A stretch of DNA of 64,000 nt from Octopus sinensis (GCF_006345805.1 NC_042998.1:18972001-19036000); one strand, 5' to 3'. Shown: positions 1 through 13,104, counted from the stretch's first letter. Numbers and translations: made by a program. The notes: generated by a model not told the origin, from the sequence alone.

Positions 1-493
1 TTGTAACATATGAAGATATTTTCTTGGTACAATAACCCGGTATCAAGATTTGACAAATGATATCTGTGTACGAAATTTCAAGCATGCTTTGAAGAAGGGG
101 TTCAATTTGAAGTTTTAAATTTGCATTGAAATATAAAGGGAAATCTCTAGAGAGATATATATTACGATGCAATGAGATTCCTATCATTATACAACAAAAG
201 CCACAACATTACGAAGAGCAAGGACAACACTATGGAAATATAAATTAGGCACGTAAATCCTACGAAATGCTAGGAAATTCGATTCATTGTGTCAATGATG
301 AAGGTGGATATCGATCTGAAATAACGCAGCGGAATCAAATTCTTCTAAATTTGTCTTATACATGAACTTCCATGATTGTAACTTCAATGGTGTGAGATAG
401 CAACAGCCGTACATCTATCTGCACAGGGAATACATGCAAACACACACACACCCACGCACTGGGAGGACACACAGATACGCACATACACAATGG

Positions 494-940
<447 letters not shown>

Positions 941-1834
941 ATTGTTCAGTCCTTTCACTCCGTTTTCATTATAGCTAAAATACCTTTAAGCTCACGTGAT
1001 ATTAATTCGCTTCATACATCGGTGGTAAGAAATATTGAAGTCACCTGACAATTTCTAAGAACTGTTTTCCAATACTGTTTTCTCACATATCTACTACGAT
1101 ATATAAAATGAATTACTTTACCATATCAAAACTGATATGTAGCCATGCTAACCTCCGCACCCACCTTTTTTATTTTATTTTATTTTATTTTATTCTAATC
1201 TGTTCATTACGAGATATACAAAAACTTTAAATTTCCTCCACAAAATGTATTATTCCTTCTCTCCTGAATCAATGGGGACTTGTGAATCTTGGGTGCAATG
1301 CCCGCTGGTCAGGACATCGTACATGTAATTATAGCTGTCAAAGCATTCATATTCCGCCGCATAATGAAAGTTGAACGCTGCATTTCGAATGAATACGTAA
1401 ATTATTCATATTTTAAATATTCATTTCAATGATGATTAAAGAGCATATTTATTTGGTGCAGTCATAGCGGAAACCAGCTTATAAATGCACGCATTGCATA
1501 AATACATAAATTTATAGGTATGTATAAATGTGTATGTGGGTGTGTATGTGTGTTTGTATATCAGACATATGTGTATTCATGTGTATTTGTGTGAATGAAT
1601 ACACACACAGAGACAAACACACACACAAACTCACAAACACACAAACACACATACACACACCTGCCCCCATATATACATACTTATGAGGGTATGAATATAT
1701 TGTATGTATTTATATATACATATATATAAATATACGTGTGTGTGTGCGTGTTTGTGCGTGTTTGTGTGTGCATATATGTGTATATAAATAGATATACATA
1801 TACATATATGTATATAAGTGTAATCTTTTATTCT

Positions 1835-2223
1835 TCTGTTCTTTTACTTGTTTCAGTCAACTGACCGGCGCCTTGCTCTAGCGCCACGTTGTAGTCGAAG
1901 AAATCGAACCTTGAACTTATTCTTTGTAAGTCTGGTGCTTATTCTATCAGGTCTAATTGCTAATTTACGGGGACGTAAAAACACCAACATCGGTTTTCAG
2001 GTGATGGGGGACGAATGCAGACACAAACACATACACATAAATATATACATATATATACGACGGGCTTATTTCAGTTTCCCTCTACCAAATCCATTCACAA
2101 GGGTTTGACCGGCTAGTGGTTATAGTAGAAAACACTTGCCCAAGGTGCCACATATCGGAACTGAACCCGGAACCATGTGGTTGAGGAGCAAGTTTCTTAC
2201 CACACTTCCACGCTTGTGCCTAT
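1835..2223 (-). mobile_element. tRNA-derived SINE with internal microsatellite
   Basis: Reverse complement begins ...gtgtggtaagaaacttgct...ggttccgggttcagttcc (Pol III A/B-box-like); homologous to the + strand copy at 39176-39590. Confidence 0.75.
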
Positions 2224-2812
2224 AATATATGTGTGTGCGTGCGTATATGTGTGTGTGTAACAGGAATTAAAGAAAAATCAAACAAAATCATCAAACATGA
2301 TCCTCGTATATCTCCCAAACTCCTTTAAATTTTAGTAATCGTAACTTCACTAATTAGTTCCCTTTCAGAATTGTTTACTTCCCTTGCATCCAGTTTTTAT
2401 TTTCCCCAAGATATATGTTCATACCCAACACCGCTAGACAATCGGTGTTGATTCACAGTTAGTGACGACCTTTAGCGAAACCGCTATGGCTTTTTATAAT
2501 CATCTTTATACATCTTAATACAACTTCAACTCATTTCTTTGTGTATATATTTGTTTTTTAAAAACCCATTACATTCGTACCTAGTGTACATCTTCTTTTT
2601 CACTTTTCACCTATACATGACATTGAGTAAAAGAAAATATAGGATTATGAATTAATTATGATTTTATTCAACATTTTCCCCTCTCAGATTCACACAATTA
2701 TTGCAGCAGTCCTTCAGTTTTTCTAAGTCGGGTAGAACTCTGAATGTTGGATATCCAACAAGGTCTTTGCGATACCCTTATAGCCAGTAACCCTTCGTAT
2801 ATATATATATAT

Positions 2813-2881
<69 letters not shown>

Positions 2882-2966
2882 CAGGCAGACAGACGTATAT
2901 ATATAAATATATATATATGCATATACAGAGGCTCTCACAAATATTCACACAAAATTGTCCGTATAT

Positions 2967-3163
2967 TCTATTCTACTCTAGGCACAAGGCCCGAAATTTT
3001 GTGGGAGAGGACAGGTCGTTTAGATCGACCGCAGCATGCAACTGGTACTTCATTTAGCAACCCCAAAAGATGAAAGGCAATGTCGACCTCGACGGAATTT
3101 GAACTCAGTGCGTAAAGACAGACGAAATACTGCGTGCTAACGATTTTCCCAGCTCGTTGCCTT
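2967..3163 (-). mobile_element. tRNA-derived SINE (gtcgacctc/gaatttgaactcag family)
   Basis: Shares aaaggcaa(t/a)gtcgacctc...ggaatttgaactcag with copies at 8645, 13612, 34240 and 39920; B-box-like gagttcaaattcc on the - strand. Confidence 0.8.
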
Positions 3164-4238
3164 AAAATTTTCTGTATATTATTGTTTCTCTAATAAGAAA
3201 CAGTCACTTCTAAGTTTAAGCTTTCTGTTATACTTCCAAGTCTCTTTTAGCGTATACACTCAGGAGCTTTTCTTTTATAATGCAGTCAGAACTTTCATTA
3301 AGTCTACTTGCTTTCACATACTCTATTTACTTATAGCGTTTCTTTAAATTTGCTGAATATCAATTTCTCATTAAGCGTAATCTATTTAAAGTTATGTTTG
3401 TTCAACTTATATTCACAACTTCACTTAGCTTCATTAAATAAAATGTCTTTACTTTTAATTTTATTTTGTTTAACTTCGTTTTAAACCAGATTTCTTCCTG
3501 ACATACCTTACCTATCTAATGAATAAGATACAATATTATTTTTATCTCCTTATCTTAATTTAAGATTTTATCTGAAATTTCTTTTCTTTGTTTTCACACT
3601 TTCTCTCTATTTCTCTCTCTCTCTGATAATATTTTTTCATTATTTTATAATTTTTGTATTAATTAATTAAAAAATAAATCTAAAGGGCTTATTGATACTT
3701 CTATAAAATTTCGTTGGAATATATACTGATTCAAATATATTTTCCTTACAGTATATTAAGCTACTTTTCTTTCACATACATCATATTCATATCTTCATAA
3801 TTTTTGTATTTCAAATTTTCATTTTATACTTTCTCCTTTAAGCTCTTAGTTTTCTCTTCACTATAAAATATAATTATCTCAATATTATATTTATATCTTT
3901 TTATTATTTTTAATGTGTATTTATACATTTGACTTACTGCTATATTTTTGTTTCTTAATACACGGATAAATCCAAAATGTCCTTCCTCGTTTACATATAC
4001 GGGTTAACAGTTATACAATACGCGACGGCTTGCATTTAGACACCTATTAGAATGTATGAGTGCTTTGAACTTGAAATTTAGAATTTGTTTTTCCTTGTAG
4101 CGCTAAATCATCATCATAACGTTTATAATTATATATCCACTTGACAATTTCTAAACATCCCATTAAATTAAGATTATTTCCAATACTTTAGTCTCAATAT
4201 TGCTCATGTTGCTGTATATAATAATAATAATAATAATA

Positions 4239-4270
<32 letters not shown>

Positions 4271-4293
4271 TAATAATAATAATAATAATATAA

Positions 4294-4335
<42 letters not shown>

Positions 4336-4394
4336 CATTATTATTATTATTATTATCATTATTATTAGTATTGCCTTTACACATCTTCTAACGG

Positions 4395-4830
4395 GGGAGA
4401 TATATTATAGTGTCAGCTGTTTACTACCAGTAAACTAAGGTAACACCTCTTATTTTTCGAGCACCTTCCGGAGAATTGGAGCGGTTCCATGCAGTGCTGT
4501 TTTCTGTAAGTGTTCCACCCTTATTGCAGCCCCTATTTATTCCACGTACTTCTCGAGATTTTTTATCACTCTTCCCAGGGTTCCGAAAATTATTGGTACT
4601 ACTCCTACCTTTTTCATCGACCACAACAGTTTAACTTCACAAACTAACCTGTCATATCTATCGACTTTTCTTTCTTCCTTATCGCATACTTTTTGTCAGT
4701 TGGGAATGCTATATCTATGATCCAGTATAGTTTGTTTTCTTTCACAATTAAGACTATGTCCGGCTTCCTATTCTCTATTTCATGGCCACACTAAATCATA
4801 AAATCCGATAGGATCTTTGCATTTCCATTT
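4395..4830 (-). mobile_element. R4/Dong-type non-LTR retrotransposon 3' end, restriction-like endonuclease domain, decayed
   Basis: Manual - strand translation: ILSDFMI*CGHEIENRKPDIVLIVKENKLYWIIDIAFPTDKKVCDKEERKVDRYDRL...VVPIIFGTLG...EHLQKTALHGTAPILRKVLEK*, the RKPD..ID..K.KY..L endonuclease signature; two internal stops. Confidence 0.85.
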
Positions 4831-4858
4831 GCAAATTATGGTCTTGACACAGCAAAAA

Positions 4859-4909
<51 letters not shown>

Positions 4910-4914
4910 GTTGT

Positions 4915-4945
<31 letters not shown>

Positions 4946-4968
4946 ATTATTATTATTGCTATTATTAA

Positions 4969-5008
<40 letters not shown>

Positions 5009-5983
5009 AATATTATTATTATTATATAAAATGAAGAAATAAATGGGATAATTACCCCCTTATACAACACAAATAATTAGCGCTCTAATAGAGCCTCAGG
5101 AATATATATCAATCTAGATTGGTCTATTTTAACGGAAACCAAACCAAAATATACACTCACCAGAAACTGTAAATTATGCATAAAGAATCAAACTATATGT
5201 TCTGTGTTGACAAAAACTTTTACTTAACAAGATCTCGGGTATCATTATTCTTTTTAGACATAAATATTTATAAACTTTTAGATGTTTTTCCAAAATTAAT
5301 TCATATGATCTTAACTGTTGTGTATTTGGATTCATCTTAAACCAATATTATCTATGGCTTCATAATCTATTTAAACATGTAATTTTAGCTCTTCTTATAT
5401 CGTCTAACTGAACAGTACATTCCAACTGAACAGCATTCGATTTTTGAAAATTCTTGATTTTCTCATGTTGCTTAAAATTTTAAGACATAAAAAACTATTT
5501 TATAAATCCTTTTGATTAACTTTGATGAGATAAATATTTGTTTGTTATGGTTGGAATTAACTCGCCCATACCAACCTATATCTTCTTGAAACGGCCGTTA
5601 AACATTGCACCAGCTCAAGTTTACTTTGAAAATCATTTTATACCAACTGTCGAATCTATTTGGATTAGAGCTATAAATTCGCCATCCGCATATTTTATTA
5701 TCCTCATTGATTTTAATACGGACATACAAACTTTCAGGAGTTGTGTCTTTACAACACATTATTAGATATTCACCATGAAACATTTTCCTTTCTTTATAGG
5801 ATTTACTGAATTGCAGACGTAACCGAAATATATAAGACATCAATTAGAAATTCTTCAGGCACAAAATCAAATAATACAAAATTTACATTTGAATTACAGT
5901 ACTATAGATATATAGAGGGGAGGACAAAGCTAGTAATATAGAAAAGAGACAGTTTGATATAAGTGCAGAAATATAAACGGTTA

Positions 5984-6048
<65 letters not shown>

Positions 6049-6167
6049 TATATATATACATATATGCAGAAACGTTTATATTTTTAGACTTATTATTTCT
6101 AAATTTTTGTATGTGGTGAAGCATTTTGCTGAACCATAATTATAATTATGCTTATAATTATAGAATT

Positions 6168-6202
<35 letters not shown>

Positions 6203-7014
6203 TATACACATATACATACACACATCACACACTCACACAAATATATACATATATGCATATACATGTATTCACACCTATGCACACATACATATTGACACAC
6301 ACTCACGCGCACACAGACACACACACACACATACACACGTACGCACGCACACACGCACGCACACACGTAGGTAAGTACTATATGTCTGCATGCGTGCGGA
6401 TGAGAAAGTATATCCATCTTTTAGATTATGATATGCTTCACTAGTATTATAAAATTATGATGCCTTTAAAGAAGAATTCTAGCATCTTTTATTTATTTAT
6501 TACTTGAATAAAATGAAACTGTATTTTAACGAATTCTTTGAATTGAGTCTTTCGCTCTTTGCTACTTCTCTGCAATGTTTAATAAACAATTACTTAAACG
6601 AGCCCAAGAGTTGCCAAATTTTAAACGACGTATAATAGTGTTGAAATATATATTTGAAATGTAAAAGGCACTTCAAGAATGGAATGGCATTAAGAATAAA
6701 CGAAACATATTTAATAAACGAAATTATAATGCATTTTTAAGTACGGTTATGTATGAAATATGTGATTGGAATTGATAGGCATAAACTCAAAGGACTCCTC
6801 AACTAACTTAATGACATTCGAGTGATATAATATGAGGTAATGATCATGCTCTCATACTCTCATGATACAAGTCTTTGAATATCCATGGAATAAATAGGTT
6901 TCATGTTGATTAAATAAAATGAAGTAATTGCATATCCTATTTGACTACTATAACCTTACATTAGAAAAATATCTGTAATATATTTGAAAATTCTTGTACC
7001 TAATGATAATAAAC

Positions 7015-7300
7015 CTTCTTGTCTTGTCTTGAGACAGTATTCACCCGAGATGGGTTGAGTTGGATTCATTCATTCTCAATGCTGCACTCTCACAAACGCC
7101 AACCAGGCCTGGCGATTTGAGGCTAACGACCGCGTGATCTCCAACCACTCCCTATTCCAGCGGCGTACGCCGTAGACATGGAGGCCTAGGTTGGGTTCCA
7201 GATCAGCCTTGACTGTCATCAGCCAGGTTTTTCGTTGTCCACCACATCGCTTTCGCCAACCCTGAAGGCGATAACACATGGGAAATTGAATCTTTTCTAA
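7015..7300 (-). mobile_element. RTE-clade LINE 3' fragment
   Basis: ORF 7076..7459 contains GWRKRCGGQRKTWLMTVKADL...RRWNREWLEITRSLASNRQAW, typical of the RTE ORF C-terminus; short (CAAGA)n tail at ~7015-7035. Confidence 0.75.
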
Positions 7301-8861
7301 GTATAAGAATAATTTTCTGGAAATTAGGACAATGGCGTAAAAGGCGTGATATTTTAAAACTGCGTGAGTGAACTTCTCCCTACCATTTATAGAGCGAAAC
7401 ACTAAGCACCCCTTCATCAAACCTATAGAGATTATAAGAACGTCATGTACGATCAGCATTATTATTCGTTTTTATCCCCTTTCCTTCGTATTATACAGCT
7501 CAAAACCACCACCATTTGAATAAAACATATTCATCACTTATACTTATACATTCTGTTTGACTTCGTGAGAGATACATATGCACAGAAATGTAAATGTGTT
7601 ATAATACCTAAAGTTTTCTTCTCCGTTGGTGAGAACTGAAATTTAATATTTATTCCCTACAGTCGTTTTCGAAATATTGTAGATGTCCTGGACAGTAATG
7701 AAAATTTAAGATATGCACTGCAAATTTATGGATATTTTCTTATGTGCACAGAAGAGTTTAGGTTTCAAATATTAACTACTTATAACTAATTTTTCCAAGT
7801 TACATTCCACGGCTATATATTGAACCAAAAGAAGGCCACTCTCTGTTTCCTCCAAATAGAAAGAGAGGCATAATTTTCGTCTAATTACTCTCTGGTGTAT
7901 TAGAAGATAAAACGGAACATGTTTGATATTTAATTCATCAGAATCAAAAACAAAAAAGAAAAGAAAACGTCTTTATACTTTGCTGCGCAATTTACATTTT
8001 ATGTTATATATATTATAGATTTTCGTACACAACGTGTCCTTTATTTCCAATATTATCTCATGATTTACGTCGTTATAGTCCATAAGCATTGCAGACAATC
8101 ATTTCCCACCCTTGAATTGGATAACATTGATAAATCTTTCTCAAATGCCGTTCATTAAAAGATGCGTAGTAAATCGGTCTATATATTGATCACAACGATT
8201 CGGCTGCCGGCAGAGATTTCAGGTTGAAAATCAGTTGTGTGAAACTGATAAAATATTATTTCCTATGACAAGACATACAATTCAGGCGGACACGAGAGTG
8301 TTGGAACTGGCATCGTTCACACTATGCATTCTGAAATGTGTTCGATCGAGCCTGAAATATTAGTCTGGGTTACTTGCTGTTTAAATGAAATAGTTACGAC
8401 TTATACTCACACTTATACTTAACTAGTTGGATATTTTATTGGAAAGATGAAATTCTATTCTACTCTAAGCACAATGCCTCAAATTTCGGCAGCAAGAATG
8501 ATTCCAGTACGCAACTGATACTTAATTTATCGAAACCATTTCACTACTAAATTAATAAAATTAGTAGACATCTTTTAAAAAGTATGTGGTCTGTGGGAAA
8601 ATTCATTTAAATAGAAGGGTGTCGTAGGTAGTGAAATGGTTTCATCCTCGAAAGCAAGTCGACCTCGACAGAATTTGAACTCAGAGCGTTAGCTAACCAT
8701 TTCGCCCGGCATGCTAATGATTCTGCTATCTTGCCGCCTTTATCGGGTAGATGAAATTAAAAGCTGACTAAGCGTAAACACTCAATATGTTACGTATTTG
8801 TTTTTTTTCAACTTCGGGAACTCTAAACCAATTTAAGATAAAAAAAAAAAGACTATGTTAC

Positions 8862-9213
8862 GACGACGAGGGTTCCAGATGAACCGACTAACGGAACATC
8901 CCGCTCGTGAAATTACCGTGCAAGCGGCTGAGCACTCCACAGGTACGTGTACCGTTAACGTAGTTCTCGGGAAGATTCAGCGTGACACAGAGTGTGACAA
9001 GGCTGGCCCTTTGAAAATACAGGTCCACGAGAAACAGAAAGAAAGAGTGAGCGAAAGTTGTGGTGAAATTGTACAGCAGGGCGCCACCAACCTCAGCAGG
9101 AGCCTCAGATGATTTCGCACAATAAACACTCACAATGCTCGATCTGGGAATCGAAACCACGATTCTACGATCGCGAATCAGCTGCCTTAACCACTGGGCC
9201 ATTGTGCCTCCAC
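8862..9213 (-). mobile_element. tRNA-derived SINE with 10-bp target-site duplication
   Basis: Head tgtggaggcacaatggcccagtggttaagg...ggtttcgattccc (A and B boxes); direct repeat actatgttac at 8852-8861 and 9214-9223. Confidence 0.9.
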
Positions 9214-9583
9214 ACTATGTTACATATGTAGAATAGAAATAGAATTGGATTAGATTTCATTTCAATGTTTGGTACACATTTAAGATAAATGTATCTCGAG
9301 AACAGTAAATTTTGAAAGGATCTGAATGAAAGAGAAATGCGTTAGTATTGAGACCAAATCATGATTTGATTAGACAAAGAGAAAAAAGAATTGTAATTAA
9401 AATCACTTGAATATTATTTGTTTAATAAAATTTAATTGATATTTGCAGACATGCAGAGTCTCTTCTCAAATTAAGTAACCAGTGAAATTCTTCATCAAAT
9501 GTTACAGTGCAACCTTTACAAAATTGTTAAGCCCCCTTCGGCACTCCGATGCAGAAAGGCATACACTACCATATATATATATA

Positions 9584-9924
9584 GGAGGTGGAGACCCCAT
9601 TCGGTCATGAATAACCATGGGACTGCACCTAGAAAGTTACCCTCCAAGGCACAAGTCAGGGCAAGATTGTTTCTGGAAGGCTAGCAGTCGCCCATGCATA
9701 CCAGCCTCCCCTCTCCACACAACTGATGTTGTCCAAGGGAAAGGCAAAGGCCGATACAGCTTGGCATCAGTGGTGCCGCAACTCATTTCTACAGCTGAGT
9801 GAACTGCAGAAACGTGAAATAGAGTATCTTGCTGAAGAACACAACACACAGCCCAGTCCAGGAATCGAACTCACAAACACACGATCGTAAGCTCTACGCT
9901 CTAACCACTGAGCCATGCGCTTCA
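9584..9924 (-). mobile_element. tRNA-derived SINE
   Basis: The - strand head tgaagcgcatggctcagtggttagagc...gagttcgattcc has A and B boxes. Confidence 0.8.
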
Positions 9925-10039
9925 TATATATATATATGTATATATGTGTGTGTGTGTGCGTGTGGGGGTGATTTGCATGTACCAGAAACACTTGTGTTAG
10001 TAGTGGTAGTGCCAGCTGCAGTAGTAATATTAGTAGTTC

Positions 10040-10086
<47 letters not shown>

Positions 10087-10389
10087 AGGAGGTGGCAGAG
10101 GAAGGGGAAGAAGAGGAGTTTTACTTTGATATAGACGATCACATCCCATAGTCACGAAGAAGACTGTTCTGATCTCTAGATTTATGGCCTGGATTGCTAT
10201 GAACCGGCTCAGGATGTCAATGTGCAATGACCTTGCATCTTTTATGAAATTTATCAACGTTTCATCGGAAACTTACGTCACTGTTCATATATAGATTGTT
10301 TTGCTTTGTGTTGTTTCGATGTCTGCAAACCGGCGGGAATAAAATATCTATGTATCCGCATATATTTATATACATACATACATACATAC

Positions 10390-10427
<38 letters not shown>

Positions 10428-10432
<5 letters not shown>

Positions 10433-10539
10433 CTGCTCGCTTAGCCAGCGGGGTGGCGTCATTCGAAGGCTAAAACAATGCGAACGCATTGTGACCAGCG
10501 ATGTGTAACAGCATCTGATGGTCTGGTCGGTCACGTGAT

Positions 10540-10548
<9 letters not shown>
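10428..10548 (+). mobile_element. SINE 3' portion ending in (TCACGTGA)2
   Basis: Nearly identical to 23880-23998 and to the reverse complement of 34990-35110. Confidence 0.85.
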
Positions 10549-10589
<41 letters not shown>

Positions 10590-10825
10590 CTACTCTGCAA
10601 CATAACGTGGCTGTCTTTTGAAAGGGGCGAAGTTGCTGTTATTGTTCCCTTTCGGGACAGCCACATTGCTTTACTAATAATGATGGTTAGAATAACACAC
10701 GCAAATATTAAAAATAATGCATTCGAAATAGATATCTCAAGAATTCAATCACTACTACCGTCCACAACAATCACTTTCAGGGCTTGACCATTTAACATCC
10801 TACTACTATCGTGTCACTCTCGCAT

Positions 10826-10925
10826 TCTTCTCCTTCTTCTTCTTCTTCTTCTTCTTCTTCTTCTTCTTCTCTTCTTCTTCTTCTTCTTCTTCTTCTTCTT
10901 CTTCTTCTCCTTCTTCTTCTTCTTC
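10826..10925. repeat. (TTC)n microsatellite
   Basis: About 33 near-perfect TTC units. Confidence 0.95.
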
Positions 10926-11149
10926 CCTACCTAGAATTCACAACGACCTCGTACCTACAAGAGTAAAAACGCGAGACAGAGACAGGCAGAAACAAGGGAA
11001 ATACCCCTTGTGTGTGAATACTATGCAAATATTCTTTAAAAAAAGAACTTTTCATTTAATTTTTCCAAAATTTAATTGTCTTCCACACTTACAATTGAAA
11101 AATTCTCAATGACTGAAACAGGTATTAAAATAATTTTTTTAAGATATAA

Positions 11150-11426
11150 TTATTTTAGCGTTTTTTACCTTAACTTATTGTCTACGCGGGTCTCGAGCAG
11201 TCCCCATGCTTAACTCTTCGCTCTGAATGCAAAACTGCACCAGAAATGGGTTTCGATTCCTCAAGAACAGCGACGTGAGCGTGTGAAGCATTCGCACCTA
11301 GACTGAGGCTGTGATTCGAAACAGAAGTGGTCATATCGAATAAATGTCTTAGTGTCATAATTGTGTTTCCTTTACCATTGCATTCCAGCACTCGGACCTT
11401 TGGTTCCTCAATTTTGGGATACCCTG

Positions 11427-11428
<2 letters not shown>
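11150..11428 (+). mobile_element. Tc1/mariner-superfamily transposon 3' remnant with terminal inverted repeat
   Basis: Frameshifted ACEAFAPRLR/AVIRNRSGHIE* matches the Tc1/mariner transposase C-terminus; it ends in ttttgggataccctg-TA (reverse complement TA-cagggtatcccaaaa, a Tc1-type TIR). Confidence 0.65.
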
Positions 11429-11459
<31 letters not shown>

Positions 11460-11465
11460 TATATA

Positions 11466-11968
11466 TACAGACACACGTGGAAAAGTAGGGGAGGCTAAGC
11501 GACTTTCATTCTTGTTTTGAATCTGGCGGTACTAGCATTGGAGACCGTTTATATTGAAGGATTCATTCTAATGTTTTAGTACCTTCGAATTATTGCAGAA
11601 AATCCATACTGAAGAGGAATGTGGTTAGTAAAGTTTATATTTTTGGATATTCTTTACTTAAATCCTGATTCCGAAACGCGCGTCTATGGATAATCGGATA
11701 TTGATTGATTTTCGTTACGTTACCCTCTGCCTGGATGAATAAGATTCAAGTATTATGGTTTCTCTGGTAGACCCTTTTTAAGTAGAAGAAATGGCTTAGA
11801 TTTTGGTTGCTATTTCTGAACTTCGGTATGCGGTGATGCATTTCTTTTGCTGACCCCTCAATATTAGTTTTACTAGAATTTACCGTATAACGGTCCTGTT
11901 TTCAGACCGAATTCTACTTGGTGAAATTTATTGATCACTTCGTAATTAATTAGTTTTACCCTTAATTG

Positions 11969-11970
<2 letters not shown>
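11466..11970 (+). mobile_element. ORF-less hammerhead-bearing repeat (Penelope pLTR-like or retrozyme-like), copy 1
   Basis: Homologous over ~400 bp to the reverse complement of 42700-43095 (shared gatattgattgattttcgttac, aagtagaagaaat, ccgaattctacttggtgaaatt); flanked by (TA)n on both sides. Confidence 0.75.
11602..11691 (+). ncRNA. Type I hammerhead ribozyme, apparently intact
   Basis: Stem I ATCCATA(11602-08)/TATGGAT(11685-91); core CTGAAGA(11609-15); stem II GGAAT(11616-20)/ATTCC(11668-72); GAAA(11673-76); palindromic stem III ACGCGCGT; cleavage triplet GTC(11682-84). Confidence 0.9.
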
Positions 11971-12033
<63 letters not shown>

Positions 12034-12038
12034 GATAT

Positions 12039-12074
<36 letters not shown>

Positions 12075-12286
12075 GATACCCTGTATATATATATATATAT
12101 ATGCTTATAGATTTCTAGAGTCGAGGAGGAATGCATCCTAAGACATGACCATATATTTATATTTTATTCACAATTACCAGAAATTGGAGTGTTAATCCAG
12201 AACCAAGACTTTCAGGCATAGTACAAAATTCACGTCCCTTGAGTGACCCTCTAACTTTTACTGATTATAAGGAAAATACATGTATA

Positions 12287-12324
<38 letters not shown>

Positions 12325-12330
<6 letters not shown>

Positions 12331-12499
12331 AAGGAGCTTCTACAGGACTAGAACTGTTTCATTCAAAAGAAATCGATGATTTCTTTTGAATGAAACAGTT
12401 CTAGTCCTGTAGAAGCTCCTTCTATAAAATAAATTAATTTACTCTGCTATGTATTGAGTACCTTATTTACTGTGGTTAACCCCGACTCAACCTGGGACC

Positions 12500-12502
<3 letters not shown>
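12325..12502. mobile_element. Penelope-like pLTR fragment with 50-bp inverted duplication
   Basis: Perfect inverted arms 12325-12374 and 12378-12427; 12375-12502 differs from 56038-56165 at a single base. Confidence 0.75.
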
Positions 12503-12542
<40 letters not shown>

Positions 12543-13104
12543 TATATATAGACTCTCACATACACATATATTTTGTATTGATGCGTATCAGAAAATGTAT
12601 ACATGTTAGTATGCATACGGTCACGTGATGTAGGTGCATAGGCTGTGTACACAAGAACATCCAAAGTTCAACAAATACGAGGAACTAGAGTGAGCAATGT
12701 AACCAGAGAACTAGAGTGAGTAATGTTACGTACGTTTCCATGGAGATGAATCTTCAGATAATAACCAGTTATACCAAATAATATTTAAATTATTGGAAAT
12801 TCTAAACAAAAAATGTAAGTATTATATACACAGTCAACATTTCAAATAATGTAGATATGTAAAGCTAGCGAATCTCTTAACATCAAAAACAACTAATTTA
12901 TTTATACTAGAATAACTAAACAAAGATGAAATACGACGAAATTATAAATTACTCACTTACATGACATTTAGAAAATAAATACAAAACTAAAGAAATAAAA
13001 TGCAAAAATTCATGTAGATATACACTTCAGTAACCGGGTATATAGCTTTATATTTGAAAATACGTGGATACATATGGTAATAATACGCAAATATTCTTGC
13101 CAGC

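Noticed and set aside
5538-5843. Two overlapping short ORFs in unique sequence
   Set aside because: No recognisable motif or splice support; the lengths are compatible with chance.
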